In this document: positions 27,491 to 36,264 of the stretch, one piece after another
Position numbering within the stretch: the stretch's first letter is position 1
Layout: every line of letters begins with the position of its first letter
Origin: Nanohaloarchaea archaeon SW_7_43_1
Lineage (GTDB): Archaea > Nanohalarchaeota > Nanosalinia > Nanosalinales > Nanosalinaceae
Assembly (NCBI GenBank): GCA_003009795.1
Contig: PXPE01000001.1
Coordinates: 320,739 to 384,738 of the forward strand
Length of the DNA stretch: 64,000 nucleotides
Direction: 5' to 3'
The notes under the pieces: generated by a model
What the model was told of the DNA's origin: nothing
The model's database searches: none
The model's input: the letters and a program-made list of their open reading frames with translations, nothing else
Position numbers and translations under genes: made by a program

Positions 27491-27802
27491 ATGCCGACTG
27501 ATATTGATTCTAATAAACTGGATGATATTAAGAACTCTGATGAAACCTGGGTAATAGATTTCTGGGCGGACTGGTGTCAGCCCTGCAAGAAACTGGCTCC
27601 AATCTATGAAGATGTCTCAGAGGAGATTGATGATGTCAACTTTGGAAAGGTTGATATGGAAGAGCACCAGGAACTGGGAACTTCAATGGGTGTGAGAGCA
27701 TTACCGACAATGATTATAATGAAAGGTGATGAAGAGGTAGCACGGACATCAGGAATGAAAAAGAAAGAGGAACTGAAAGGCTGGATCCAGGAAAACAGCT
27801 AG
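27491..27802 (+). CDS. trx: thioredoxin
   Basis: 103 aa. Active site WADWCQPCK and cis-Pro context RALPTMI. Confidence 0.85.
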   Translation: MPTDIDSNKLDDIKNSDETWVIDFWADWCQPCKKLAPIYEDVSEEIDDVNFGKVDMEEHQELGTSMGVRALPTMIIMKGDEEVARTSGMKKKEELKGWIQENS

Positions 27803-28296
27803 AGATGGTCCGTCCAGTCTACTCTGCCATAGCCGGTTTCATCGTTTCTTAATTTTTCCTTTATCCTTTGAACAGTCTCGATTAATTCTCGATCTGTAGT
27901 ATCTATCTCAATGATATTTTGCTGTATTCCAACTGCTTCAGTGAGAATGACGTCAAGCATTTCGGACTCTATGTTTTCGTTTATCTTTTCCTGTGAATAA
28001 TCCCGTTTTTGGAGTCTTCTCTCAAGCTCTTCGGGATCACATCTTAGGACTACGCAGTAATCTGCCAGGAAATGATGGGCTAGATGGCCTTCAATTATAG
28101 TATCCTGATCGTCCTCAATCTCTTCCTCTAGTTTTTTCCTCATCTCGGTTACGTCAACATTGAACTCTTTGTCTCCCTGCTTTCCGATCCCGTGTTTTTT
28201 CACAAATTCGGTTAGATCCAGTATTTCGAACCCCTCAAGCTCTCGGGCCACACTAGTTTTACCGGTTCCCGGAGTTCCTGTAAGTGCTACTATCAT
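27799..28296 (-). CDS. Fap7/AK6-type adenylate kinase (ribosome-biogenesis NTPase)
   Basis: MIVALTGTPGTGKTSVAREL, EGHLAHH and VVLRCDPEELERRLQKRDYSQEKINENIESE match the archaeal AK6 family. Its stop overlaps the trx stop within the palindrome CTAG. Confidence 0.8.
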   Translation of the reverse strand: MIVALTGTPGTGKTSVARELEGFEILDLTEFVKKHGIGKQGDKEFNVDVTEMRKKLEEEIEDDQDTIIEGHLAHHFLADYCVVLRCDPEELERRLQKRDYSQEKINENIESEMLDVILTEAVGIQQNIIEIDTTDRELIETVQRIKEKLRNDETGYGRVDWTDHL

Positions 28297-28715
28297 TTGT
28301 CTAATCTTTCGAGTATCTGTTCTGTGTTGATGGTTTCAATTTCTGTATCAGCCATATCAGAATCTTCGGTTATCATGGTGTAAATACCATGATTTCTTGC
28401 TGTAGCTATATGCATACTGTCTCTCGGATCTGTTTTGTTCTCTTCCATGATTTGAAGCGATTTTGTCCCTGTTTCTGCATCAGTTGATAGGATTTCCAGA
28501 TTTTCCATCATAAGAAGTTTCCTACCTGTTTTGATGGCTGTTTCCCTATTAATTTCCTTTTGGACTATCCATATTATCTCATCTAGAGTCAGAACTGAAG
28601 TAGCTCCGTTTATTTTTCCTTCTTCAATCTTTCTTATTAAATCTCTAGCTCTTCTTCCCGGATCTTCCTCTGTCACTGAATAAATAAAAATATTTGAATC
28701 GAGGTAGTATTTCAC
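28293..28715 (-). CDS. vapC: PIN-domain toxin VapC
   Basis: 140 aa. N-terminal YYLDSNIFIY acidic PIN residue, with later conserved D/E. 4-nt overlaps with both the upstream and downstream genes. Confidence 0.8.
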   Translation of the reverse strand: MKYYLDSNIFIYSVTEEDPGRRARDLIRKIEEGKINGATSVLTLDEIIWIVQKEINRETAIKTGRKLLMMENLEILSTDAETGTKSLQIMEENKTDPRDSMHIATARNHGIYTMITEDSDMADTEIETINTEQILERLDK

Positions 28716-28957
28716 GTTTTCAGCCTGCTTTCCATTTGTTCTTTCCGGTAGTCTTTAACGCTTTTATCGAGTTTTCCAATTTTTTCTGAAGTTTCTTTGG
28801 CCCAGTCACTGAACGATTCGTTCTTCTTCTCTAGGACTACCTTACCGTCATCTTCTGAGAAATAAACTTCGGTGTTCGGTAAAATCCCTAGTTGATCCCT
28901 AAGATCTTTAGGTAAAGTTACTTGTCCTCTATCCCCGACCTTCCTCTTAAGTTTCAT
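28712..28957 (-). CDS. vapB: AbrB/SpoVT-fold antitoxin VapB
   Basis: GDRGQVTLPKDLRDQLGI is a SpoVT-AbrB swapped-hairpin motif. 81 aa, upstream of and overlapping vapC. Confidence 0.75.
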   Translation of the reverse strand: MKLKRKVGDRGQVTLPKDLRDQLGILPNTEVYFSEDDGKVVLEKKNESFSDWAKETSEKIGKLDKSVKDYRKEQMESRLKT

Positions 28958-29076
28958 ACATATCCCACGATATGAATATTTCGTATTTAAGATTTAAATT
29001 TCTTTCTATTGTAGTATTCCGTCAGTTCAAAGAAAGAATAAAAGATTGGCAGAGCCAGTGTTTGATGTGATAAAGA

Positions 29077-30033
29077 ATGACTGAAATTGATGTCTGGACA
29101 GAAAAATACCGGCCCGATACTCTGAATGAGGTAGTTGGGCAGGAGAAAATAGTTGACAGATTAACCTCTTTCGTGGAGGAAGATTCAATTCCTCACCTCA
29201 TGTTTGCAGGACCGGCCGGGACCGGTAAAACAACCTCAGCTATGTCCCTGGCGAAGGATCTCTACGGAGATTCATGGAGACAGAACTTCATGGAAACAAA
29301 TGCCTCCGATGAGAGAGGTATCAATGTTGTCAGAGAGAGAATCAAGGATTTTGCTCGGACAAAGCCGGTCAACGCCGATTATAAGATAATATTCCTGGAC
29401 GAAGCAGACGCGCTTACACAGGACGCTCAGCAGGCACTGAGAAGGACAATGGAACAGTTCTCTGACAACTGTCGATTTATACTTTCATGCAATTACTCCT
29501 CGAAGATAATCGATCCAATTCAGTCACGTTGTGCCGTGTTCAGGTTCAACCGTCTGGATGATGAAGATGTTGAGAAATATATTATGAGGATAGCTGAAAA
29601 TGAAGGATTCAAGATCTCCCGTGAGGCGATTGATGCGGTTCTCAGAGTTTCCGGTGGAGATCTGAGAAGGGTTACTAATGTTTTACAGACAGCCTCCATG
29701 ACTGAAGATGAGATAGAGGAAGAGGATATTTACGGCGCCTCTGCTTCTTTGAAACCGGGTGAGACAGAGGATATACTTGAGAAAGCTCTTGAAGGCGACT
29801 TTATTGAGGCCCGTGAACACCTGGCTGATATCATGATTGAAAGAGGGCTTGATGGACAGGATGTAATCAACGCAATCCACAGAGAAGTCATGGATCTAGA
29901 AGTCTCGGATCGGGCGAAACTGGAGATCATCGAACATCTCGGAGAGTTCGAGTTCCGGATTGCCGAAGGCGGAACCTCTGATATCCAGATAGAAGCACTT
30001 TTAGCTAAAATAGCAGATCTGGAAGAAAAATGA
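29077..30033 (+). CDS. rfcS: replication factor C small subunit
   Basis: WTEKYRP, GPAGTGKTT, FLDEADALT, ILSCNYSSKII and SRC. 318 aa, no intein. Confidence 0.95.
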   Translation: MTEIDVWTEKYRPDTLNEVVGQEKIVDRLTSFVEEDSIPHLMFAGPAGTGKTTSAMSLAKDLYGDSWRQNFMETNASDERGINVVRERIKDFARTKPVNADYKIIFLDEADALTQDAQQALRRTMEQFSDNCRFILSCNYSSKIIDPIQSRCAVFRFNRLDDEDVEKYIMRIAENEGFKISREAIDAVLRVSGGDLRRVTNVLQTASMTEDEIEEEDIYGASASLKPGETEDILEKALEGDFIEAREHLADIMIERGLDGQDVINAIHREVMDLEVSDRAKLEIIEHLGEFEFRIAEGGTSDIQIEALLAKIADLEEK

Positions 30034-30111
30034 TGACGGTTAACACGAAACAAAACCTCGAACAGAGAGCTATTCTGAAGAGTTCTCTCACAACTAACCT
30101 TGTGAAGTTTG

Positions 30112-31302
30112 ATGTGGGTAAAAAAATATAGGCCGGATTCCCTGTCGGATTACAGGGGTGCAACCAGCGAGAAAGAAGAGCTGAAGGAATGGGCTGAGAA
30201 CTGGGAGACGGGAGATAAACCAGTTTTACTTCACGGCCCGCCTGGAACCGGTAAGACTTCTCTTGTTGAAGCTCTCGGTAATGATCTCGGATATGAGATG
30301 CTTGAGACCAATGCCTCCGATGCTAGAACTAAGAGTAAGTTGAAAACCGAACTGAAGCAGGCAACCCAGCAGAAATCATTTTTCGGCGGCAAAAAGCTGA
30401 TCTTGGTAGATGAAGTAGATGGTATGTCTTCTACAGATAGAGGCGGAACCAAAGAATTAGGGCGAATACTTGAAGAGACAAAGTTTCCCTTGGTTATGAC
30501 TGCTAATGATGCCTATGATTCAAAGATTAGATCCCTCAGAAACAAATCGAAGGTCATAGAGATCGGGAAAGTACATACGAACTCGATTAACGCCCATCTA
30601 AAGCAAATCTTGGAACAGGAAGGTATTGAATACGAGAAGAAGGCTGTTAAAAAGATTGCCCGACAAGCTAATGGCCAGATGAGATCGGCTATAAATGATC
30701 TTCAAACGGTAGCCTCAGGAAAACAAGAACTTACTGAGGATGATCTTGATGCAGTCGGAATAAGAGATGCGGAGAAAGGTGTTTTTGATGCCCTTAAGAT
30801 GATATTCAAGACTGATAGTGCGGAGACAGCTACCAATGCAACTGATAACCTTGATGAGGATCCGGATACGTTTCTTCAATGGGTTAGAGAGAATATTCCA
30901 CGGGAATATACCGGATCTAGTGATACAGCTGAAGCCTATGACTGGATTTCGAGAGCCGATCTATTCAATGGCAGGATCAGGAGACGGATGAACTGGAAAC
31001 TGCTGAAGTATGTCTATGCCTTCTCTACTATAGGAGTGGCTTTGAGCAAAGAGGAGCGTTATCAGGGATGGACGAAGTACCAGTATCCTTCAAAAATTAG
31101 GCAGATGGGGTCGTCTCGAGCCTCTCGAAACAAATTAGAGGAGATATCGAAGAAACTAGGTGAGAAGCTTCATATCTCGCTTAACGAGTCCAAATCGATG
31201 ATGCCATTTGTAGCTGTGCTTCTTGAACATGATGAGAAAAAGTTTGCGGAGCAGTTAGAACTGGATGAGGATGAGATCCAGTTTATCCAGGAATTTAGAT
31301 AG
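30112..31302 (+). CDS. rfcL: replication factor C large subunit
   Basis: MWVKKYRP, GPPGTGKTS and LVDEVDG. The ATG at 30112 is preferred over the TTG at 30109. Confidence 0.9.
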   Translation: MWVKKYRPDSLSDYRGATSEKEELKEWAENWETGDKPVLLHGPPGTGKTSLVEALGNDLGYEMLETNASDARTKSKLKTELKQATQQKSFFGGKKLILVDEVDGMSSTDRGGTKELGRILEETKFPLVMTANDAYDSKIRSLRNKSKVIEIGKVHTNSINAHLKQILEQEGIEYEKKAVKKIARQANGQMRSAINDLQTVASGKQELTEDDLDAVGIRDAEKGVFDALKMIFKTDSAETATNATDNLDEDPDTFLQWVRENIPREYTGSSDTAEAYDWISRADLFNGRIRRRMNWKLLKYVYAFSTIGVALSKEERYQGWTKYQYPSKIRQMGSSRASRNKLEEISKKLGEKLHISLNESKSMMPFVAVLLEHDEKKFAEQLELDEDEIQFIQEFR

Positions 31303-31360
31303 ATATTGATCATGAAGAATCGAGGCAATTTCCAGACTAACTAGAGTCTTCCTTATTTTT

Positions 31361-31693
31361 TCAGTACTTTGATTTGGTTTGTGAACAGTTTAAGTTGACT
31401 TCAGTATTTGAGCTGACAAGTGTTATGTTGAAACAGGACTGGCCCTGTAATTTTTCTGTAGTTGTCTGATATCCTGTTATGGATGAGACCATGTCAATGA
31501 AATTTTGTACTTCTCGGGTATCGCTGTGATCAACTTTTTCTGCAGAGTTCTTTATCATTTCTACTGTGCCTCGGGCGCCATCGCTTTCAAAGCTTCTTTC
31601 TTCGACCTCTGATATTGTGGAAGCTGCTGATATTACTATAAATCCGATAACTATTGAAGATATCAGCATGAACTGTCCCTTCATTAGTTCCAC
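31361..31693 (-). CDS. small pilin-like protein (class III signal, Gln at +1)
   Basis: MELMKGQFMLISSIVIGFIVISAAS: a short basic n-region, KG/Q, then a hydrophobic helix. Last gene of the pilus operon. Confidence 0.6.
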   Translation of the reverse strand: MELMKGQFMLISSIVIGFIVISAASTISEVEERSFESDGARGTVEMIKNSAEKVDHSDTREVQNFIDMVSSITGYQTTTEKLQGQSCFNITLVSSNTEVNLNCSQTKSKY

Positions 31694-33486
31694 CTCATAG
31701 AAATTTTGTAAGGTATAAATACATCTTCCTTCACAGCACCCACTGATTCTGTTGATGTAACGGATCTTGCCTGCTCCCCGAACTGTGCAGAATCTTCTGA
31801 GAGCCAGTGAATCAGAGCTGAAATCATCCTTTTTTCATCTTGATTGTACTTGTCTTTATAACCTATTCTCGCCAGTTTTCTTCCCTCAAATCCTTCGAAA
31901 CTGGTTCTGTAGTTAATATTCTCAATATTGCTGTTTCCTGTATAGACGAAAGTAGATTTGTTACCATATCTTATAGCGGTTTTGCTTGGGAAATATACGC
32001 TGTATACCTTATTTTTGATGGTTACTGATTCGCCGTTGAGATATGGGCCTTCGCCCTTGTCTCCAAAGTTGTTGTTACGATCGAAGTCTATATTTAATGC
32101 TCTAACATTGTTCTGACAGAACTGTTTATCCTCTCCCAGTTTAGTATTTATGACCTCGTATTCTACAGTGTTATCGTCTTCATAGTTTTCGAACTCAAAG
32201 GTTCCCTTTGTAAGGTTTCTATCGGTTTCTCCATCTTCCACACAGGCAGTAGAAGGATAGCTGTCAACATTGGAAGGATCTACGTTTTTCATTGAGGAAT
32301 TAGTCGAGTTCCAGTTGTTTATTCGGTAACTGCCTTCTTCAGTAGATAATATTGACTCCGATTTCTTGAAGTCTTGATCTTTCGAAGAAGTAACATTACC
32401 ACTCGGAGTTAGATTAATTTTTCCAATATCCCCTTCTCTGCCTTTGAAATACGTTTCAACTTCATTAGCTGCGGGATTATCTCCGTAACTACCTCCTACA
32501 GAGTCTCCAGGGTTTCCCCGATAACCTGTTTTATGCGGAAGTTCAACCCACTTAAGCCCTGTGTCGTTGATGAAACTTCCTCCTCCATAAAAATCAGTTT
32601 TCTCCAGATCCATCATCAAAAGTACAGATCCCGCCGACATGAAATCCTTTATTTTCTTAGGGTTACCATTCAATATACCGTTTTCTATAGTCTCCCTGTC
32701 TCTGAAAACCAGAATATCGTAAGATCCGAGGTCTTCTCTATCAGCTGCCAGTGTATCAACTACTACTCCTGTATCCATCCCGTTTACCCTGCTTTCGAGT
32801 TCTGGCCGTAAACTGATTACCTGAGTTGAATTGAAGAGTTCAAGTTTCTTATCGGTGTCGCTGTATATTTCGTTAATATCCCAGTAGTCTCCTCCTGTTC
32901 CGTCTCCCCAGTAGATGAACTCGTCCTTGTAGTATGGTCCTTCTGATGAGGAAAACTGGCATCTGGTTTTGTTGTCAACCCATACCGTGTCATAGCCTTT
33001 TGTTCCTCCGGAGGTACTGGGATCTGTATCTAACACGTAGATGTATGCACCGGATTTTGGATTTTCCGTTCTCAGTGTTTCGTCTTTAGAGTCTAGTTCC
33101 CCCAGGTCGTCGTTTTGATAGCATTGATCACCTAGGTTCTGAACCGTATCCAGGGATGCATTAAATCTGTTATTCTCTAGAATGTTGAAACCGACTACTT
33201 GTTCAGTTAAAGGAATGTTCTCAATTGAACCTGAGAGCTTTATTCCTCCTCTAGAAAAGGTTTCCGCAGCTGTGACCAGGGAGCCTGTCTCTCCCTCTTT
33301 TATGAAATTAGTGGTGTCCCCTGATTCTTCCAGTGTATACATTATATCTTGGGCAGAAATCTCTTTTTGGAAATTATTCCAGTCGGTTGCTGGGTCGGAG
33401 GGCACGTTTCCTGCGATGAAACCAAACATTATCAGCATTGAGGCCATCACTTCAATAATATAGCCAACCCCCTTTCTATTCACCAT
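31684..33486 (-). CDS. large pilin-like protein (class III-like signal + ~570-aa extracellular region)
   Basis: MVNRKGVGYIIEVMASMLIMFGFIAG N-terminus. Asn/Asp/Gly-rich remainder with many N-x-S/T sequons. Confidence 0.6.
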   Translation of the reverse strand: MVNRKGVGYIIEVMASMLIMFGFIAGNVPSDPATDWNNFQKEISAQDIMYTLEESGDTTNFIKEGETGSLVTAAETFSRGGIKLSGSIENIPLTEQVVGFNILENNRFNASLDTVQNLGDQCYQNDDLGELDSKDETLRTENPKSGAYIYVLDTDPSTSGGTKGYDTVWVDNKTRCQFSSSEGPYYKDEFIYWGDGTGGDYWDINEIYSDTDKKLELFNSTQVISLRPELESRVNGMDTGVVVDTLAADREDLGSYDILVFRDRETIENGILNGNPKKIKDFMSAGSVLLMMDLEKTDFYGGGSFINDTGLKWVELPHKTGYRGNPGDSVGGSYGDNPAANEVETYFKGREGDIGKINLTPSGNVTSSKDQDFKKSESILSTEEGSYRINNWNSTNSSMKNVDPSNVDSYPSTACVEDGETDRNLTKGTFEFENYEDDNTVEYEVINTKLGEDKQFCQNNVRALNIDFDRNNNFGDKGEGPYLNGESVTIKNKVYSVYFPSKTAIRYGNKSTFVYTGNSNIENINYRTSFEGFEGRKLARIGYKDKYNQDEKRMISALIHWLSEDSAQFGEQARSVTSTESVGAVKEDVFIPYKISMRWN

Positions 33487-34352
33487 GCTGTCACCTCAAT
33501 TCTCACAGGTTCTCCCTCAAGAATTGCGAAACGATCAAAAGTTGTAACCTGTGTATCCGTATTGACTGTCGGCCCAAAATCCTTGATTTTTCTTCTGAAG
33601 ATAACCAGTGAACCCCTATCGTTTCGCCGATTTTGGAAACTTTCCACATAGAAATCGTTTTCATTAATTTTATCTCCTGGTTTGTATGGCTCATCTGAGT
33701 TCGAATTACTAAAGTCCCAATCACCTTGCTGTACGTAAAGCGAGTCGTATACTCCTTCTTGAGAGGTTACTAGCATATTGTAGGTTAAGCCATTCAGATC
33801 TACTGATCCGTAATGGACACTGTTATCTGCGGTGGCGTATGGATCAGTGTCTGGATCGGTAATTTCTGGTTCAGTAATATTAGGATTTGACGGTGGCTGG
33901 GTTTTTTGGAAGGAATAATTGGTTTGAACTGTTGGAAGCCAGACAAATTTGAACCTGTACTGGTTTTCTACCTGGGTCTTGTTTTTGAATTCGGAATAAT
34001 TGAGGCCGGTATTGCCGCCTACTGTAACGGTTTGAAGCTCATCGAGCTTTGATCTTTCTATCACGTGGTAATCGGAAGCTATGCCTATTGCTTCAATGTT
34101 TTTTAGTGTCGATGAGTTTTCTTCCCAGTTATTTCCACCGTCTCCGAAACTATGTCTACCTTTTTCGTTAATTAACTGTTCTGTCAGTGTCTTTGCCTCC
34201 AGATATAGGTCCATGTTCTCTGCGCTGGAACTGTATTGTGGAAGAACGTTGCTTGAGGTGATAAGACCTGCCATAGCTATCAGGAACAGACCTGCTGCTG
34301 CTAAAAACTCTATATTTATCTGTCCTTTGGAAGTCTTTTCCTGTTTTCTCAT
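33480..34352 (-). CDS. pilin-like protein with DUF361-type QxSxEF-like signal
   Basis: MRKQEKTSKGQINIEFLAAAGLFLIAMAGLI matches the euryarchaeal Epd-type prepilin pattern (KG/Q-I-x-I-E-F). Confidence 0.7.
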   Translation of the reverse strand: MRKQEKTSKGQINIEFLAAAGLFLIAMAGLITSSNVLPQYSSSAENMDLYLEAKTLTEQLINEKGRHSFGDGGNNWEENSSTLKNIEAIGIASDYHVIERSKLDELQTVTVGGNTGLNYSEFKNKTQVENQYRFKFVWLPTVQTNYSFQKTQPPSNPNITEPEITDPDTDPYATADNSVHYGSVDLNGLTYNMLVTSQEGVYDSLYVQQGDWDFSNSNSDEPYKPGDKINENDFYVESFQNRRNDRGSLVIFRRKIKDFGPTVNTDTQVTTFDRFAILEGEPVRIEVTAW

Positions 34353-34353
34353 T

Positions 34354-35385
34354 TTAGACCCCTGCTAATCCAACCATGTACATAAATACTAGAAATGCGA
34401 TCGGAAGCATAACCATTGCGTGTTTTATGCCTGCTGCCGGGCTTCCTTCACCAATCTGTCCGGCTACTGCTCCGGTACACATACCTTGTATCATAAGCAT
34501 AGCGAATAATAAGCCCTTATAATATGCCATCTGACCATACTTGTAGTTTTCCGAAAATTCGCTTCCAAGCCCTTCTTGAGAGGCCTTATCCGGTATGAAT
34601 CCAAATATCTCTGAAATAGTACAGATCGGTTTCGCATAAATTATATCACCGCTGCAGTAATTTGTGATCCCTTCACCGTCACCTCCCATGAAATCTACGT
34701 TCTGGAGAGCTCCTTCTCCTGGTTCACCCAGCCCTAAAAGTTGACCAAGCATCAAGTAAATTCCGACCGTAATCCCAACGAAAAGAAAGAATATAACATA
34801 CATGATAAGGATTTGTTGTTTAGTCTGAGCATTCTTCTTCTGTATAACCTCTTTCAAGTTAGCGGAGTCCTCCGCTATTGATTCAATGGTTCTAGTTATA
34901 TCTCCTCCGCTACGGAATCCTTGAAGTAGAATTGAGATCGATTCCTGTATAACTGTTGATCCGCTCATTCTTTCCGAGAATCGCTCCATTACTTTTGGGA
35001 AAGGTATCCCCCAGGTAAGCTCATTATGTATTTTTTCAGTTTCGGAGTTCAGTCTGCCATAATCGGTTTCTCTGGCGGATTCAAATGCCTGGATTATGGT
35101 CATTCCCCCTCTCTTTGATTCTGCTAAGTCTTTAAGGAAGGAAGGAAACCGATCCTCTATCTCCCTGATAGCTCGGTTCCGTAGAAACGATACGAGGCCG
35201 TATGGAAGCAAACCTATGATAAGACCTAGAATAAGGATAGAACCTCCTGTCTGCGCTGCTCCTGTCATATAGGCTGCTATACCTGCTATTATCAGTAAAG
35301 CTCCGATTACTGCGGATCCAAGTATTATTTTTTCAGGCTTCGATCTACCTGATTTCAGTTCATCCTCAACGAAGAAATCGAACAC
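34354..35385 (-). CDS. type IV pilus platform protein, T2SSF domain (TadC/EpdK-like)
   Basis: 343 aa. TM pair, then a cytoplasmic helical domain (FPSFLKDLAESKRGGMTIIQAFESA), then C-terminal TMs. Adjacent to a second T2SSF gene and the ATPase. Confidence 0.8.
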   Translation of the reverse strand: MFDFFVEDELKSGRSKPEKIILGSAVIGALLIIAGIAAYMTGAAQTGGSILILGLIIGLLPYGLVSFLRNRAIREIEDRFPSFLKDLAESKRGGMTIIQAFESARETDYGRLNSETEKIHNELTWGIPFPKVMERFSERMSGSTVIQESISILLQGFRSGGDITRTIESIAEDSANLKEVIQKKNAQTKQQILIMYVIFFLFVGITVGIYLMLGQLLGLGEPGEGALQNVDFMGGDGEGITNYCSGDIIYAKPICTISEIFGFIPDKASQEGLGSEFSENYKYGQMAYYKGLLFAMLMIQGMCTGAVAGQIGEGSPAAGIKHAMVMLPIAFLVFMYMVGLAGV

Positions 35386-35391
35386 CGGTTA

Positions 35392-36264
35392 TCACCTTAT
35401 ACCTCCTGGAGCCATTCCTCTTACCATAAGGATGAACATACCTGAGACCAGTGGTAGACCTACAAACATTGCTAGAATCTGTATCAGTACGATAAACTCT
35501 CCGGACATACTTGTAAAGCTGCTCATAACGGCGCTCATGGATGTGAAAACTATTGATCCGACAATTACTACTGTAATATACATTTCAACTAATAGAGATA
35601 ACTGTTCTGAGAACGATTCAATTCTTCTCTGGTAATCTTTCATCAGGGTCTGTGATCTTTCCTGCAGGAATGATTTCATGGAGCCTCCAGAGGTCATTGC
35701 GTGGTTCATACCCCACATCAGGTCCTTGAAGTTCTCACTTGGTGTTCTCTCCGCCGCCCTCTGCAATGCCCTGCTCATATCCATTCCAAATGTTTCAACA
35801 TCTTTGCTGATTTTTGCAGCTTCCTTAGATACTTCTCCATACTGTTTTACTTCCGCCATGTTCCGGAATACTTCTGACATAGAAGTACCTGTACCGGCCA
35901 ATGTTGCCATATACATGGTGGCAAAAGGAAGGCTGTCACGGATTTTTGATGCTCTCTGCCTGATAACTATCGATGGGTAAAGATAGGTGGTAACTAATAC
36001 CATAGTCGGTAGAACTATCGAAAGTGTGATTCCCAGAATAAATCCTGAAAGCCCCATCATCAATGAAAGCACCGTACACAGGATAAAGAGGCTTCCTACA
36101 AAAACTGCCGCAGCTGTAAACATCATCATAGCAATATACTCAGGTAAAGAAGCAGGGATATCGGCCTTAGACAGTTGTGGTCTTAAATCCTTAAAGTAAT
36201 CAACAAACTCAAGGGCATAAACCCCGAACTGATCGTAGCAGAAACTTGCGTATTTCTCCAGCAT
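35392..36264 (-). CDS. type IV pilus platform protein, T2SSF domain (TadB/EpdJ-like)
   Basis: 290 aa. SLPFATMYMATLAGTGTSMSEVFRNMA plus flanking TM helices, as in FlaJ/TadB-type proteins. 1-nt overlap with the ATPase gene. Confidence 0.8.
   Translation of the reverse strand: MLEKYASFCYDQFGVYALEFVDYFKDLRPQLSKADIPASLPEYIAMMMFTAAAVFVGSLFILCTVLSLMMGLSGFILGITLSIVLPTMVLVTTYLYPSIVIRQRASKIRDSLPFATMYMATLAGTGTSMSEVFRNMAEVKQYGEVSKEAAKISKDVETFGMDMSRALQRAAERTPSENFKDLMWGMNHAMTSGGSMKSFLQERSQTLMKDYQRRIESFSEQLSLLVEMYITVVIVGSIVFTSMSAVMSSFTSMSGEFIVLIQILAMFVGLPLVSGMFILMVRGMAPGGIR

Noticed and set aside
8205-30033. Inteins or programmed frameshifts in EF-2, RNAP subunits, RFC small subunit
   Set aside because: All are single uninterrupted ORFs of normal or slightly short length, with contiguous catalytic motifs. 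No extra insert with intein splice-junction motifs was seen.
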